Origin: Tubulanus polymorphus
Lineage: Eukaryota; Animalia; Nemertea
DNA length: 64,000 bases
NCBI RefSeq assembly: GCF_964204645.1
Contig: NC_134028.1
Span: forward strand, 27,214,345 to 27,278,344
Reading direction: 5' to 3'
Below are positions 9,501 to 23,300 of this stretch, piece by piece; positions within the stretch are counted from its first letter, which is position 1, and each line of letters opens with the position of its first letter. The position numbers and the translations under genes were made by a program. Under the pieces are notes generated by a model. The model did no database searches and was not told the DNA's origin. It saw nothing but the letters and a program-made list of their open reading frames with translations.

Positions 9501-12500
9501 CAACTCTCTTGTCTCCTCTTCACACACCACACATCTGTACAATAACTACAAAACGATTTGCCATTTTTCACGATCATATCAATTTCATTTATAATCCTTA
9601 ATCAATTGCATCATTGATGGGACTCACAGATACTTTCTCTGCACATTTTGGAGGCATTCAGATGACCTCAAATGATCATATGCCTGGGTTGGTCTTGAAA
9701 ATCACATGGCTTCATTTTTACAGATGACTTCTTTATCAATTTCATCAAATTATTCCTATTATTTCTACTCCCTCTAATAAGTATTCACAATATATCTCAG
9801 TTTCACGACAAGTTGCAGCAGTCGTCTGTAAACAGATTTCATTTCATCAAATGATGCGAGTTTGAGTTGTAGAGGTTTCATCTACAAAACATCAAACCAA
9901 ACCCGAGGAACTTAATGTTGTAAGGGAAGGGGACGTATATGGAGGGTTCACCCGAACAAAGGAAATAAGCCCGAACCAAACCTTCACACTCACAAAATGT
10001 CGCGAGAAAGGCAAACACAAACCAAGGACAAGAATGATGGCTGAGATCAAAACAATTAATGCTATTGATGTTGCTTCACCAATTCAACATGACGTCACTA
10101 AATGAAACCATTGTGGACTATTTCAATACTCTCTACTAGAGGTTTCATATAAGCAAGTAGTTTATGGAATCCTATTCATAAAAGTTATTAATCAATGTTT
10201 TTAAACTGCTGATGCAAAATATATACGTCATAAATAATCTGTTTGATTGTCTTTTCAAGTTAACACTTTAACCCAGTGGAACGAACTCCAGCCATTTTTC
10301 CTTCATTTGCCATTTTTCGTTTTTACTCTTTTCTCTGACTTTTAGCACTTGAGTCGAGGTAGGAATAGACCCCTGCCCACTCGCTAAGCGTGCAGGACAC
10401 TTAACCTTCGAATTGCTCTCGGACCCCACTCTTTATATCAGCATTTCATGCTGTTTTATTTTATTCACGCATTCGCTTTACATTTTTTCATATGGCTTTT
10501 CCTTATTTGTCGTCTCACTAAAATTCTCATCCGTTCCGACTGGGATCAAGTTTAATCTTTTAGAGACAAACAGCAAAAGGTTGTGTTAGTTGCACCAGCA
10601 GCAGCAGCAGCTGCAGCAGCACCAGCAGCAACACTGATACAGATGAATCTTTCATTAACTACGTCATTTGTTCCATTCTCAAATATTGAGTCATGAAGGC
10701 AACAGAAATAACTTTAAAAAATGTTAAATCTTTCATTTATGGCCTTGGTTTAGTGACCTAAGCGTCAAAGTTTGGTTCATAGCCCAGGTTTGGTGACCAA
10801 AGAGTCAAAGTTTGGTTCATAGCCCAGGTTTGGTGACCAAAGAGTCAAAAGTTTGGTTCATAGCCCTGTTTTGGTGACCAAAGTGTCAAAGTTTGGTCTA
10901 TGGTTCTGATTTGGTGACCAAAGAGTTAAAGTTTGGTTCATAGCCCTGTTTTGGTGACCAAAGAGTCAAAGTTTGGTCTATGGTTCTGATTTGGTGACCA
11001 CGGAGGGTAAATATAGCTCATGAGCGTTGCATATGTTGAATAGGGGAATTGGACTAAACACTCATCACTAGAATAAAGTGAAGAATTATGTTCACACTGA
11101 ATGGGCTCAAAATCTTGTACTAATTGATAAAATCTGAAATAATTCTGACTAATTTGAGTCTATCGGAAAATGATGCATTGATCGAAGTCTAAAAGCTATA
11201 AACTGACAAATTGATCGAGCACTGATAATATTTTAAATAACAGCGGAGGATGAAATAACTTTCATAAACTGATATGATCGTGAAAAATGGCAAAATACAC
11301 TAGATACACCTCCCCCACGCTTTATCAGAGTCTCATTGTAGTAGGAAGATTGCCGTAGCCTAACTGTAAAAACTACAACTACATCTGGTTGAATATCATT
11401 TGTTTTTACGGCTTTTAAATTCAGTAAAATATTTCCTAATATAAGTATAATTAGTTCGCAGCCCCTTAAATTCTGTCTAGGATAGAATTATAAGTCACAG
11501 GTAGAAATAGAATATTATCCTATTCTAAAATGAATATAATAATAGAACAATAGTGTCTCCGTGTCAATCTTTGTCCCACCTAAAAATTGTACAGTTTATT
11601 TCAGAAAATGTGTCCCATCTTTTTGAAAAGGGTAAGTAATTATTAAGGATATCTATGAATAGTGATATACTGTGCCATGAAGGCAAATGAAGAAGTGTGT
11701 CAATAAAAGTGATTACAAAACATATCACTTATTCTAATGAGTTCTATACTCTTCTTCCAAAAATGAAGAGTAGGTCTCTGTCTAAGAATCTGCAGAAAAA
11801 AGAGGAGGCAGCAATGAATGTGACTGCATCTCGACTCTCGTCAACAATTTTCTAAGTCGTCCTATACAGTTCTTCATTTTAGAACCAGTATTTACAGCCG
11901 TTTCTAAAATAGCACAGAAGAAAATACATCTTTCAGCTGGAAATGTATCAGTAAACCCCAAATTCAGAAATCTGGGGGCAATTATCTCATAACGATTGAG
12001 AGAAGTGACGGTGAAATAACGTGCGCACTCACCGGGGATCAAACCCAGGTCTCATAGAAATAACAACCAGTAAAATAGAACGAGTCCAATTGGCCGATGC
12101 TTATACAGCTTACTGTAACATGACAAGTTGCAGTCACACATGTTGCGGCCACATGACGTGTTTCATAATGATTAATCCTTTCTTAGAATAATAAAAAGAT
12201 GGGACACATTTTCTGAAATATCCTGAATTTCGAGACTAAAACTACGACTAAACCACCTGTACCTGTACCAAAACCCTCACCCTATATCCCTCCCTCCAAA
12301 GTCCTACCACCACCCCTACATCCCTCCCACCCTCCCTCACCCCTTCCCTCCCGGACCCTTTCCCTCCCGCCCTCCCTCACCCCTTCCCTCCCGCCCTCCC
12401 TCACCCCTTACCTCCCGCCCTCCCTCACCCCATACCTCCCCCAAACCTACCCGCCCTCCCTTAACCCTATGGTTAGGTGAGATGAATGTTCTGATGTTTT

Positions 12501-13409
12501 AGTTAGACGGATGGGAATCTAATGAAGATGAGAGAACATTAAATCACTGTTCAATCACAGGATGAAGTAATGCAGTGATCTGTATCTCAGTATCTGTACA
12601 CAATGTTACATGTATCTGTAACTGTACAATCAGTATGAAATAAGTACAGCAGTTTAATCTATAGAAATTCTAACTCTTAAGATACACATGATCTGATTGT
12701 CACGAAGGAACATGATTGATAACAGTTGTATTATTGACATCAGGAACCAGTTTCATATTGATTAGAAATAACATTTGAGTTGACCACAATTTAGAAAACC
12801 TGTAAACCCGCTTACAGAAATAACAATCCCAATCATGAACTGATTATAGTCAAATATTCACCAAAAGAAATTTGAAATGATTGAATAAATGCAACAGGTT
12901 TCTGAGATTTCATTTCAAAACATGGTTTATAACAAACAATATAAAATTGGTCCCTAAAAATCAATTCAACAACCGATAAATAAAGATTAATGTTACTTAT
13001 CTTGAATTTCCACATTCCACATTCCTTGATTCCTGATGTCATGCTGAATCCAAGAATGATTCCCGATGTCCGTCTGATTGTGAAACACTGATTCCTTGTT
13101 GTCATGTGCTGAATCTAAGAGTGATTCTTGTTTTCCTGTGCTGAATCAAAATTCCTGTTGAACATGTTGAAGTGATACCTATAATAGACAAATCTAAGAT
13201 TGTTTTCTTTCCTCAGAAATAACTGCAGAAATATCAAATCTAAAATTCAAACTTACAAATTAGATTGTTCACTCCAATCTGCAGTTCATTTATTCACGGG
13301 GTTTTTCTATCCACAGTTTAGGTTTTGCATCTAGAGTTGAACATGAAATATAAACAAAAAGGTAATGAAAAAATGAACAGTTTAAATATTATCTGTTTCT
13401 GAAACCAAT

Positions 13410-13410
13410 G

Positions 13411-13450
<40 letters not shown>
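13410..13450. repeat. (ATC)n microsatellite
   Basis: About 13 ATC units; shorter in the other copies. Confidence 0.95.
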
Positions 13451-13486
13451 ATATCACAGTCGAATGGAGGCAAGTAGAGGCATCAA

Positions 13487-13779
13487 TCCTCCCGCGGCAG
13501 GAACTCAAACCTCATGGCATCCAGATTGCCACGGTACGAAACCCTGCCACACTAGACCGAGTGCGCAGCAGCTACACGCGCAGCTTAGATGATGTCATTA
13601 ATAGCCAATCAGATATTACGTTTCATTTTAGCCCAGGTTTTGCCATTTATAGTTCTTCAAGTTTTCGTGCGGCAAAGCTGCGCATGTACCTGCGCACCCG
13701 GTCTAGTGTGGCAGGGGTTCGTGCTGTGGCTGAGTGTAGCGAGCGATGTCATCAGGTTGGAATCCCTCCCATGGGAGGA
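13487..13779. repeat. Head-to-head pair of ~100-bp A/B-box (tRNA-derived-like) elements in predicted intron 2; also 24844-25182, 36383-36675 and 58612-58950
   Basis: Minus 13586-13487 and plus 13675-13779 share AAGCTGCGC..GCGCAC.CGGTCTAGTGTGGCAGGG.TTCGT...CATCAGGTTC.A.TCCCT.CC.TGGGAGGA. Mostly deleted in copy 1 (junction ~2769). Confidence 0.8.
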
Positions 13780-15045
13780 TGTTGGTTGGTGTCAGACACG
13801 TTTGGACTGTGTGTGGTGGTGATTAGGCCTAATATCGGTTTAGCGACAGATGAAATAAACTTACACTGTTTTCACTATTTGATGTAATCAGTCGATGGAA
13901 TCATTTTAGAACAAATTCATCACAAAACAGCGAGGTGAAGCCCATCGTGGTCTAGATATATCGGGATGGAATGACGTCGATATGCTCGACTGAGCGCCAC
14001 CAGTCCACAAGTGCACCGTTTGTAGGATGTACCTCTGAAATAATTTGATTTCCCACAATATCTGAGATGGAATATTTTTCGCCATTTAAACCAATGTTAC
14101 AAACACTTACCAAATATTGAAATACTGATTTCAGGGGCCGGGAAGGAGGGTGGCAATGTTTAGGTGAGGTTTTTGCTAAATTTCGTGTTATGGTAAAGCA
14201 CGCCATTTTGATATTGCGTCATAGTGTACCTCAGATTGGGATTCCCGCCGCTAGACTGGTCACCGCCACCTGCATTCGCAAGTAGAAATGGCAACCAGTC
14301 TATTGCAGGTCTCGGCTTCTTTTCGATTATATTGGATTTTTATATTCTACGCATCAAAGAATTTATTCTAATGAAACCCACGCTCTTGGATCAAAGGCCC
14401 GTGGATTACTACTTTAGTTCACAGAAATTCCGCTATCGTTATTCATAGGGGCAGCACTGAACGGTTGTTATCTGATGCAGTCTTGCTATTTTACTGTGGC
14501 ATGTGAGGAATACAGATTTTTCTTAAGTCAAATTTCATTCATCACTCAACACTAGTTTGTTAGAAATTAATAACTCTACCAACATTAGAGCTTTATATAA
14601 GGAGAGTAAATGGTATGATAGAATCTCCCTAATTCCGATCATTGGGACCAACAAAATTCATCCGTTTTACGGCAAATCCGGATTAAAAGTCATTTTCGTG
14701 TATATTAATGATTCAATTGACTGTAAATATTATCCGGATTAGACCAAAATTCGGATTAAGCCGATGCGGATTAAACGATTTAGTTTGACTGTATTAGCCA
14801 ATAGAATCAGTCTTGGAATACAGAAAGACGTTCACGATTGAGTTATGTACAAATACCGATATGAGAAAAGCTTAGATTCACCTCCTAAGCCATCACCCAT
14901 GGAACTGGCCCCAGGGCACTAAAAAGGCAATTACCAAGAAACAAACACTGACGCGAGTGTTGGCCTGTTTGATAAACGCAGTAACCCTAGTGTTGGCCTT
15001 GTACCACACTGACCACACGTATTCACAAACTTAGTCAGCCACCAG

Positions 15046-15172
15046 AACTCAGCGGTCTAGTGGTTGGCGTGCTCGGCTGGCATGCTGGAGTTCGCAGGTT
15101 CGAGTCCTGCTAGGGTTAGGGTTACTGTCGATCTAGGGTTAGGGTTAGTGCCTCAGGTTGGGGCTAATTTTT
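15046..15172 (+). ncRNA. tRNA-derived/TTAGGG element, copy 2
   Basis: Same structure as 4107-4233. Confidence 0.7.
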
Positions 15173-17329
15173 GGCCCAGCGAGGTATTTGTAGTACGATG
15201 ATCGTCTGTTTGACTCGGGTTATTTTTTGGTCAATAGATTCTATACTAACTTATATATTTTGAACACAAATATTCGCTTTATCCTTAGAAGCCACTTTAT
15301 TTAAAAGATACTTCGCTCAATACAGTAGTTTATTTCTGAATGAATGAAAGAGTTGGTGACATTATTCAATATATATATATATATATAAACCACAATATCT
15401 ACTTTACGGTTGGTATGCAACAATTTCCACTCTTTTCCATATAGGTGTCGCTTTGGATAAATGTCTATATCTCTTGACCCAATGGACCGATTACGATTAA
15501 ACTTGATACACAGGAAATTTTATCAAGTAGCACTCGGGGTGGGTGAAATCGCTCTAGGTTGAAGTTACACTGTCCTAAAATGGCTCCAAACAACGTGAAA
15601 TTGGTAGTTAGGCCTACTTCGAGTACGGGTAGAACACAGTTTGAAATCGTATCGTTGAAGGTTATCGTAAAGAAGATGAATCCGTAGGCACCTAATACGA
15701 CGATTAACAGTACAAATATCGATATAGACACGCGGTTTTAGTCGAGACATTGATCGCCGGGTTTAAACATTCCTGGATATGACCATGTTTCACAATTAAA
15801 TTCATCTTCTAAATGAGGACGACCATCGATCACGTGTCTAATCGCATTATAATGGGTACGGGGTGTCCCGCGTTCGAACCAAGTAATTACTGATACTGGT
15901 TCAGAGTGGTCTTGATACTGAATAGAGGATGTACAGGGGTATCCCGAGTTCGAACCCAGTAATTACTGATACTGATTCAGAGAGGTCCTGATGCTGATTA
16001 GATGATGTACAGGGGTGTACCCAGTAGTGGTCCAAGTTGTCCTGATGCTGGATGGAGGATGTACAGGGGTGTCCCGTACGGTGCTGCCGCTATGCTCATC
16101 GTTAGCGGGATTTCCGTACACTTACTGAAGTCAACTCTGGCAATCGTCGTGCTGTCCAGTTATACTCCGTTACCCTTGCTTGCCAGAGTTGACTAACGTT
16201 AGTGTATGAAAATCCCGCTACCGATGAGCATAGAGGCAGCACCGTACGGTAAAATGTTGATATCTTAACAAAAGTAATTACTGATGACTGATTCAGAGTG
16301 GTCCTGGTGCTGAATATAGGATGTAGAGGGGCATCCCGGGTTCAAATCCGGTCTATTGGCACTGATTCTGATTGGTCCTGATGCTGAATGGAGGATGTAC
16401 AGGGGTATCCCGGGTTCGAACCCAGTAATTACTGATACTGATTCAGAGAGGTCCTGATGCTGATTAGAAAATGTACAGGGGTGTCCCGGGTTCGAACCCA
16501 GCACTATTCTAGGTTGTTGGGATCATTCATTTATTACGTACGCATAAAATTTGAAATTTTCAACCCCCCTCCCCCTCTGTACGCAAAATCGGACATTTTC
16601 TCATATACATTAAGCATTACAGTACGCAATTGCACTGACCCCCTCCCCTAATGCGTACGTAAAAAATGAATGACCCCGTTTCTCGAAAAATGATAAAATA
16701 ACGTAAACACGACTTACAGCAAAATTTATCTACATTTATTCCTCATTGTCATGTAATGCACCTGCCTTTTCAAGAATAGTAGTTGGACCATCGAATTGAA
16801 ACCCTCGCATACCAGGGTGAAAAAGAATAAATGAATCCCTCGAGTGGACACCAGGGGTCGCAGTTTCACAAAAAACGATGCATTTTTTAAATGAATTTGC
16901 GAAGAAATTTAATCTGGATCAAATCTCACAAAAAGGACAAAACAGATGAACTCTGTTTTTTGTTGTTGTTAATCTTTGATGATAATTAATCCGTCGGTAG
17001 GATTTGGTTTATGATGCGGGTTTCAATCAGATTTAGATGCCGCAGTTTCGCACGCTGAATAGCGAGTGTCCAGTTTCACAGAGAAAGGATGAATCAATTT
17101 CAACTTGGATTTAATTTTTTCTTCAAAATAAAATGTTTGAACGCAATTGGTTTGTGAAACTCTACCCTAGGCTCAGTTTCTTCAAAAATATTCATTCATT
17201 GAGGCGGTAAAGTCGAATTGAGTAAAGTTTTTTGAATAAATTATTTCTATGAAACTGAACCCGTGGGATTTACGTGTGACGCACTGAGTGTGTGTGAAAC
17301 TGCTGGCGTCTGTAATCACAACTAAAACA

Positions 17330-20300
17330 ACAGAGAAAATTCATCTTTATTTCAAATAAAACAGAACAACAGTTCACACGAAATAATTATTATAGTCCCA
17401 TAATAAAGAAAACCTGTCGATATTTCAACTTTATGGTTTCATTGATTGAGTGACTTGTCAAAACATGTCCATATTACATCATTATACAATATGTGTATCA
17501 TACAATTTTTTTACAAAACCAGACCAATAAAACTGGGTCGTGGGGTACAAACAATTACAAACTAATGCAACCAGTTATCGCTGCTTTACAGCTACATTTA
17601 ATCTTCAATTTCAATTTTCACTAAAACTTTAAAACCCACTATATAGAAACTTAATAGAAGTAAAAAACACAACATTTTGGAGTCTCTGTAGAGACCATCA
17701 TCAAGTCTGAAGAATAACTAAAACAGGGAAAACCAAGTTAATTGGGAAAGTAAAGCGAGTGTTCAGTGCTCAGGTCGAGAGGTTTTGTTATTTTGTTCGT
17801 ATAGGTTGTTCTAATTATTTCTTCATTATACTTTTATCATTTTGATTCTGATTCTTGATAAATGAATTATGCTTTTTAATTTGCATATAGCAGGGTTTAA
17901 ATTATATATTCTATGCCTGAGTCGGACTATTATTCTATTAGCAAAAATGACACCATAGCTTTGAGAGATCAGGGGATCAGGGGATGACTCTATTGTTTTT
18001 ATGGATATGTGATGCACAGTCTATCAAACCATCACAAACAGAACAACAGTAGGCTGCCCATGCCGGTCGGCACATATGAACAATATTCATTTGGCTTTAA
18101 ACTTAAAAATTGCAGATCTGAAATAAGTGGCAGCATATCAATCTCCAGGTAGATGGCTGGTTCCTGTCCCTGTCAAATGGCAAATTGGTCCCGATCACCA
18201 CTTCGTCCTAGAATAGAGAAAACTTGCGTCAGCAAACATTACATTGAAAATGTTCGATTGAATTAACAGTCAAGTGGGAATTATTGTTTTCATGAAATAT
18301 TTCGGAAACTAGAATTTATCATTACCTTATAATTCTAGATAATTCAACACCATTATTTAATCTTTGGTCAATTTTCAAACTGTTCAATTGGACAAATTTC
18401 ATGCTGCAAAAAATCATCATACTATGAAAAAGTAACGTATTTATAGCAGTCTGAAATTGGGGCTAAATTCTATTAGAAAATCAATCATTTTCAAACTTGT
18501 GTTTAGCAGAATTAAGCAGCATCAGCTGCAGCAGCATCAGCCGCACTTCTTTCCGGAGAATCACACATAAAAATTCTGTACAGAATAATTAAATGTTAGA
18601 ATATTATGAAATTAGAGCACAGTGGAGTGATGAAAGACTCACCATTTCTAAACTCATATCAGATAAGTTCAGTGCCATCTAGCAGGATTTCACTTCCAAC
18701 AGTCATAATGTCATGAAGTTAAGAGAACTGATGATTTTCTGAGAAAATAAATTCTTAAAACGATAGCAGCAGCTTCAGCAACTAGAGCTTCTTTACTCTT
18801 TGAATGTGAATATTTTTAATTTCTCCAGTTCCAAAAAGTGTTGGGCGTATTGCATTCTGGAAAGAGAAAATTATGCCAGAAAATGGTTAATGAAATAGAT
18901 AGAAACTGCAACTTGTTTGTGTTCGATTGACAGAAAACCTACCAGGTTAATGAGTAGTTTATCACAATGTGTCGAGTATATGCAGATTTCTGAGAGGTTT
19001 GATGGTAGCTTTAGACTGCATCCTCTAGTAAAACGTTGATACCTGCCAACATTGACCGATCAAAACATCATTTTCTGGACTTGATTTGAAGATCACCACA
19101 AATTACTGCAATAAATCGATATAAAACTCACCGCTTCTGACTTGATTGATTTGTGGAGCGCAATGTTTACTGCAAGTTCAGCTTTATTTTGGACCCTAGA
19201 ATACAAAAGTTGTATAATTTTGATGATTCGAACTTTGACCAGAATAGAAGTGATTGAAAATTCGCCTTCACTGATTAATGTAGTTTCTAATCAGGAAATG
19301 AGTTTATAAATGTACAGTCAAACAGAGACTAGAATCTGTAGAGATATTTACCGGTACTGTATTTGTTTTGAGGACTTAAAGCGATGTCCATCTTAAACAA
19401 ATGTGAAGTGAATTTCCAATGTTTACTGTTCACAGATTCTATCAAGGGTTCCAGTTATTTCAGCTCCTAAATACAAATTTTAGAAATTTTCAGTGAAGCT
19501 GTTATGAAATAAGAGCAGTTTCACACAAAATTAAACTAAGCCGTGATCTTTGAGCGGTTGAATGCTGGAAACATGAACAGATCGAATAATTTATATAGAA
19601 CAGTTCTCTAAAAATAATGAATTTCCAAACAGGTTTTACCTGCTGCCGCTGCTGGTGGCGCTTTTGCTGCATGGTGCTGGCACTGCAGGTACTGCTAGTG
19701 CTGCTGTTGCTGCTGCTGCTGCGGTGTGTATCTCATCCTGTAACTGAGAGTAAAACAGTAATTTTTAGTTCAAAAATAATTCAAAATATCAACAGAGACT
19801 GTGAAGAATTCTGTGGAGAAATTCATTAACAGTTTTGTACTTACCTTTAAATGAGCCTGTTTAAATAGTAAATTATATTGCATTCATTTCATTCTGAAAA
19901 GAAAAAGAAACAATAATCAGTGACAATAGAGCAGAATGTAACATCTCAAATTATCAATCAATCAGACAGAAACAGTACAGGATTTCTGTGGATTAAACTG
20001 CTGTACTTATTTCATACTGATTGTACAGTTACAGATACATGTAACATTGTGTACAGATACAGAGAACAGATCACTGCATGACTTCATCCTGTGATTGAAC
20101 AGTGATTTAATGTTCTCTCATCTTCATTAGATTCCCATCCGTCTAACTAAAACATCAGAAAATTTCAACTCTTCTAACCTCCCGACCCAACCCTCCCAGA
20201 CCCCCACCCTCCCATACCCCTTCAATCCTGCCTCCCGACCCCTTCCCTCCCACCCTCCCTCGCCCCTTCCCTCCCGCCTCCTTCCCTCCCTCACCCCTTC

Positions 20301-23300
20301 CCTCCCTCCGGCCCTTCCCGACCCCTTCCCTCCCGCTTATACCCTGGCCCTCCCTCAATGCCCTCCCACCTGGCCCTCCCTCAATGCCCTCCCACCTAGC
20401 CCTCCCTCAATGCCTCCTCAACTCTCTTGTCTCCTCTTCACACACCACACATCTGTACAATAACTACTAAACGATTTGCCATTTTTCACGATCATATCAA
20501 TTTCATTTATAAATCAAAATCCTTAATCAATTGCATCATTGATGGGACTCACAGATACTTTCACTACACATTTTGGAGGCATTCAGATGACCTCAAATGA
20601 TCATATGCCTGGGTTGGTCTTGAAAATCACATGGCTTCATTTTTACAGATGATTTCTTTATCAATTTCATCAAATTATTCCTATTATTTCTACTCCCTCT
20701 AATAAGTATTCACAATATATCTCAGTTTCACGACAAGTTGCAGCAGTCATCTGTAAACAGATTTCATCTCATCAAATGATGCGAGTTTGAGTTGTAGAGG
20801 TTTCATCTACAAAACATCAAACCAAACCCGAGGAACTTAATGTTGTAAGGGAAGGGGACGTATATGGAGGGTTCACCCGAACAAAGGAAATAAGCCCGAA
20901 CCAAACCTTCACACTCACAAAATGTCGCGAGAAAGGCAAACACAAACCAAGGACAAGAATGATGGCTGAGATCAAAACAATTAAGGCTATTTATGTTGCT
21001 TCACCAATTCAACATGACGTCACTAAATGAAACCATTGTGGACTATTTCAATACTCTCTACTAGAGGTTTCATATAAGCAAGTAGTTTATGGAATCCTAT
21101 TCATAAAAGTTATTAATCAATGTTTTTAAACTGCTGATGCAAAATATATACGTCATAAATAATCTGTTTGATTGTCTTTTCAAGTTAACACTTAAACCCA
21201 GTGGAACGAACTCCAGCCATTTTTCCTTCATTTGCCATTTTTCGTTTTTAATTTTTTCTCTGACTTTTAGCACTTGAGTCGAGGTAGGAATAGACCCCTG
21301 CCCGCTCGCTAAGCGTGCAGGACACTAAACCTTCGAATTGCTCTCGGACCCCACTCTTTATATCAGCATTTCATGCTGTTTTATTTTATTCACGCATTCG
21401 CTTTACATTTTTTCATATGGCTTTTCCTTATTTGTCGTCTCACTAAAATTCTCATCCGTTCCGACTGGGATCAAGTTTAATCTTTTAGAGACAAACAGCA
21501 AAAGGTTGTGTTAGTTGCACCAGCAGCAACACTGATACAGATGAATCTTTCATTAACTACGTCATTTGTTCCATTCTCAAATATTGAGTCATGAAGGCAA
21601 CAGAAATAACTTTAAAAAATGTTAAATCTTTCATTTATGGCCTTGGTTTAGTGACCTAAGCGTCAAAGTTTGGTTCATAGCCCTGTTTTGGTGACCAAAG
21701 TGTCAAAGTTTGGTCTATGGTTCTGATATGGTGACCAAAGAGTCAAAGTTTGGTTCATAGCCCTGTTTTGGTGACCAAAGAGTCAAAGTTTGGTCTATGG
21801 TTCTGATTTGGTGACCACGGAGGGTAAATATAGCTCATGAGCGTTGCATATGTTGAATAGGGGAATTGGACTAAACACTCATCACTAGAATAAAGTGAAG
21901 AATTATGTTCACACTGAATGGGCTCAAAATCTTGTACTAATTGATAAAATCTGAAATAATTCTGACTAATTTGAGTCTATCGGAAAATGATGCATTGATC
22001 GAAGTCTAAAAGCTATAAACTGACAAATTGATCGAGCACTGATGATATTTTAAATAACAGCGGAGGATGAAAAAACTTTCATAAACTGATATGATCGCGA
22101 AAAATGGCAAAATACACTAGATACACCTCCCCCACGCTTTATCAGAGTCTCATTGTAGTAGGAAGATTGCCGTAGCCTAACTGTAAAAACTACAACTACA
22201 TCTGGTTGAATATCATTTGTTTTTACGGCTTTTAAATTCAGTAAAATATTTCCTGATTTAGTCCTATCAGTTTGCAGCCCCTTAAATTCTGTCTAGAATA
22301 GTGTTATAAGTCACAGGTAGAAATAGAATATTATCCTATTCTAAAATGAATATAACAATAGAACAATAGTCTCTCCGTGTCAATCTTTGTCCCACCTAAA
22401 AATTGTACAGTTTATTTCAGAAAATGTGTCCCATCTTTTTGAAAAGGATAACTAATTATTAAGGATATCTATGAATAGTGATATACTGTGCCATGAAGGC
22501 AAATGAAGAAGTGTGTCAATAAAAGTGATTACAAAACATATCACTTATTCTAATGAGTTCTATACTCTTCTTCCAAAAATGAAGAGTAGGTCTCTGTCTA
22601 AGAATCTGCAGAAAAAAGAGGAGGCAGCAATGAATGTGACTGCATCTCGACTCTCGTCAACAATTTTCTAAGTCGTCCTATACAGTTCTTCATTTTAGAA
22701 CCAGTATTTACAGCCGTTTCTAAAATAGCACAGAAGAAAATACATCTTTCAGCTGGAAATGTATCAGTAAACCGCAAATTCAGAAATCTGGGGGCAATTA
22801 TCTCATAACGATTGAGAGAAGTGACAGTGAAATAACGTGCGCACTCACCGGGGATCAAACCCGGGTCTCATAGAAATAACAACCAGTAAAATAGAACGAG
22901 TCCAATTGGCCGATGCTTATACAGCTTACTGTAACATGACAAGTTGCAGTCACACATGTTGCGGCCACAAGACATGTTTCATAATGATTAATCCTTTCTT
23001 AGAACAGTGTTTTCAATAAGAAATTAGCAAGCCAGGTCCCTTTGAAAAACAGGAGGGTCCCATAATATGTCACAGTCCCTGAAACGAAAGCTTGTTTGAA
23101 GTAACAGGCGGGTCCTTTACAAACGACAGATGGGTCTGGGACCTGGCTCTTATTGAAAACACTGTAGAATAATAAAAAGATGGGACACATTTTCTGAAAT
23201 ATCCTGAACTTCAAGGCTAAGACTACGACTAAACCACCTGTACCTGTACCTAAACCCTAAAGCCCCACCCTATATCCCTCCCTCCAAAGTCCTAACACCA

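Larger units (their letters stand above)
1..10673. repeat. Large tandem unit, copy 1 (~10.7 kb; phase set arbitrarily by the window start)
   Basis: Anchor CATTCTCAAATATTGAGTCATGAAGGCAAC recurs at 1, 10674, 21572, 33397 and 55928. The ORF track shows the same peptides at matching offsets. Confidence 0.97.
6380..14220 (-). pseudogene. Multi-exon gene model T1 (decayed coding gene or lncRNA) spanning copies 2 to 1
   Basis: Minus-strand exons with canonical sites: ~14220-14111 (TTG|GTAAGT), 14034-13865, 13330-13257, 13178-..., 8782-8688, 8514-8400, 8243-8180 (GCG|GTGAGT), 8090-7991, 7904-7691 (ATG|GTGAGT), and a last exon from ~7623. AATAAA at 6401-6396 is followed by a GU-rich tract. In-frame stops are present. 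The middle exons could not be resolved. Confidence 0.6.
10674..21571. repeat. Large tandem unit, copy 2 (~10.9 kb)
   Basis: Collinear with and nearly identical to copy 1. It retains the ~260-bp segment (13450-13707) that copy 1 has lost. Confidence 0.97.

Noticed and set aside
10349-10432. Minus-strand degenerate tRNA-Ser/Leu-like sequence
   Set aside because: Only a weak B-box resemblance (GGTCTATTCC), and no convincing cloverleaf.
13408-13887. 159-aa ORF with poly-Ile 'signal peptide'
   Set aside because: The poly-Ile is an ATC microsatellite. The ORF crosses an inverted repeat and is deleted or frameshifted in other copies.
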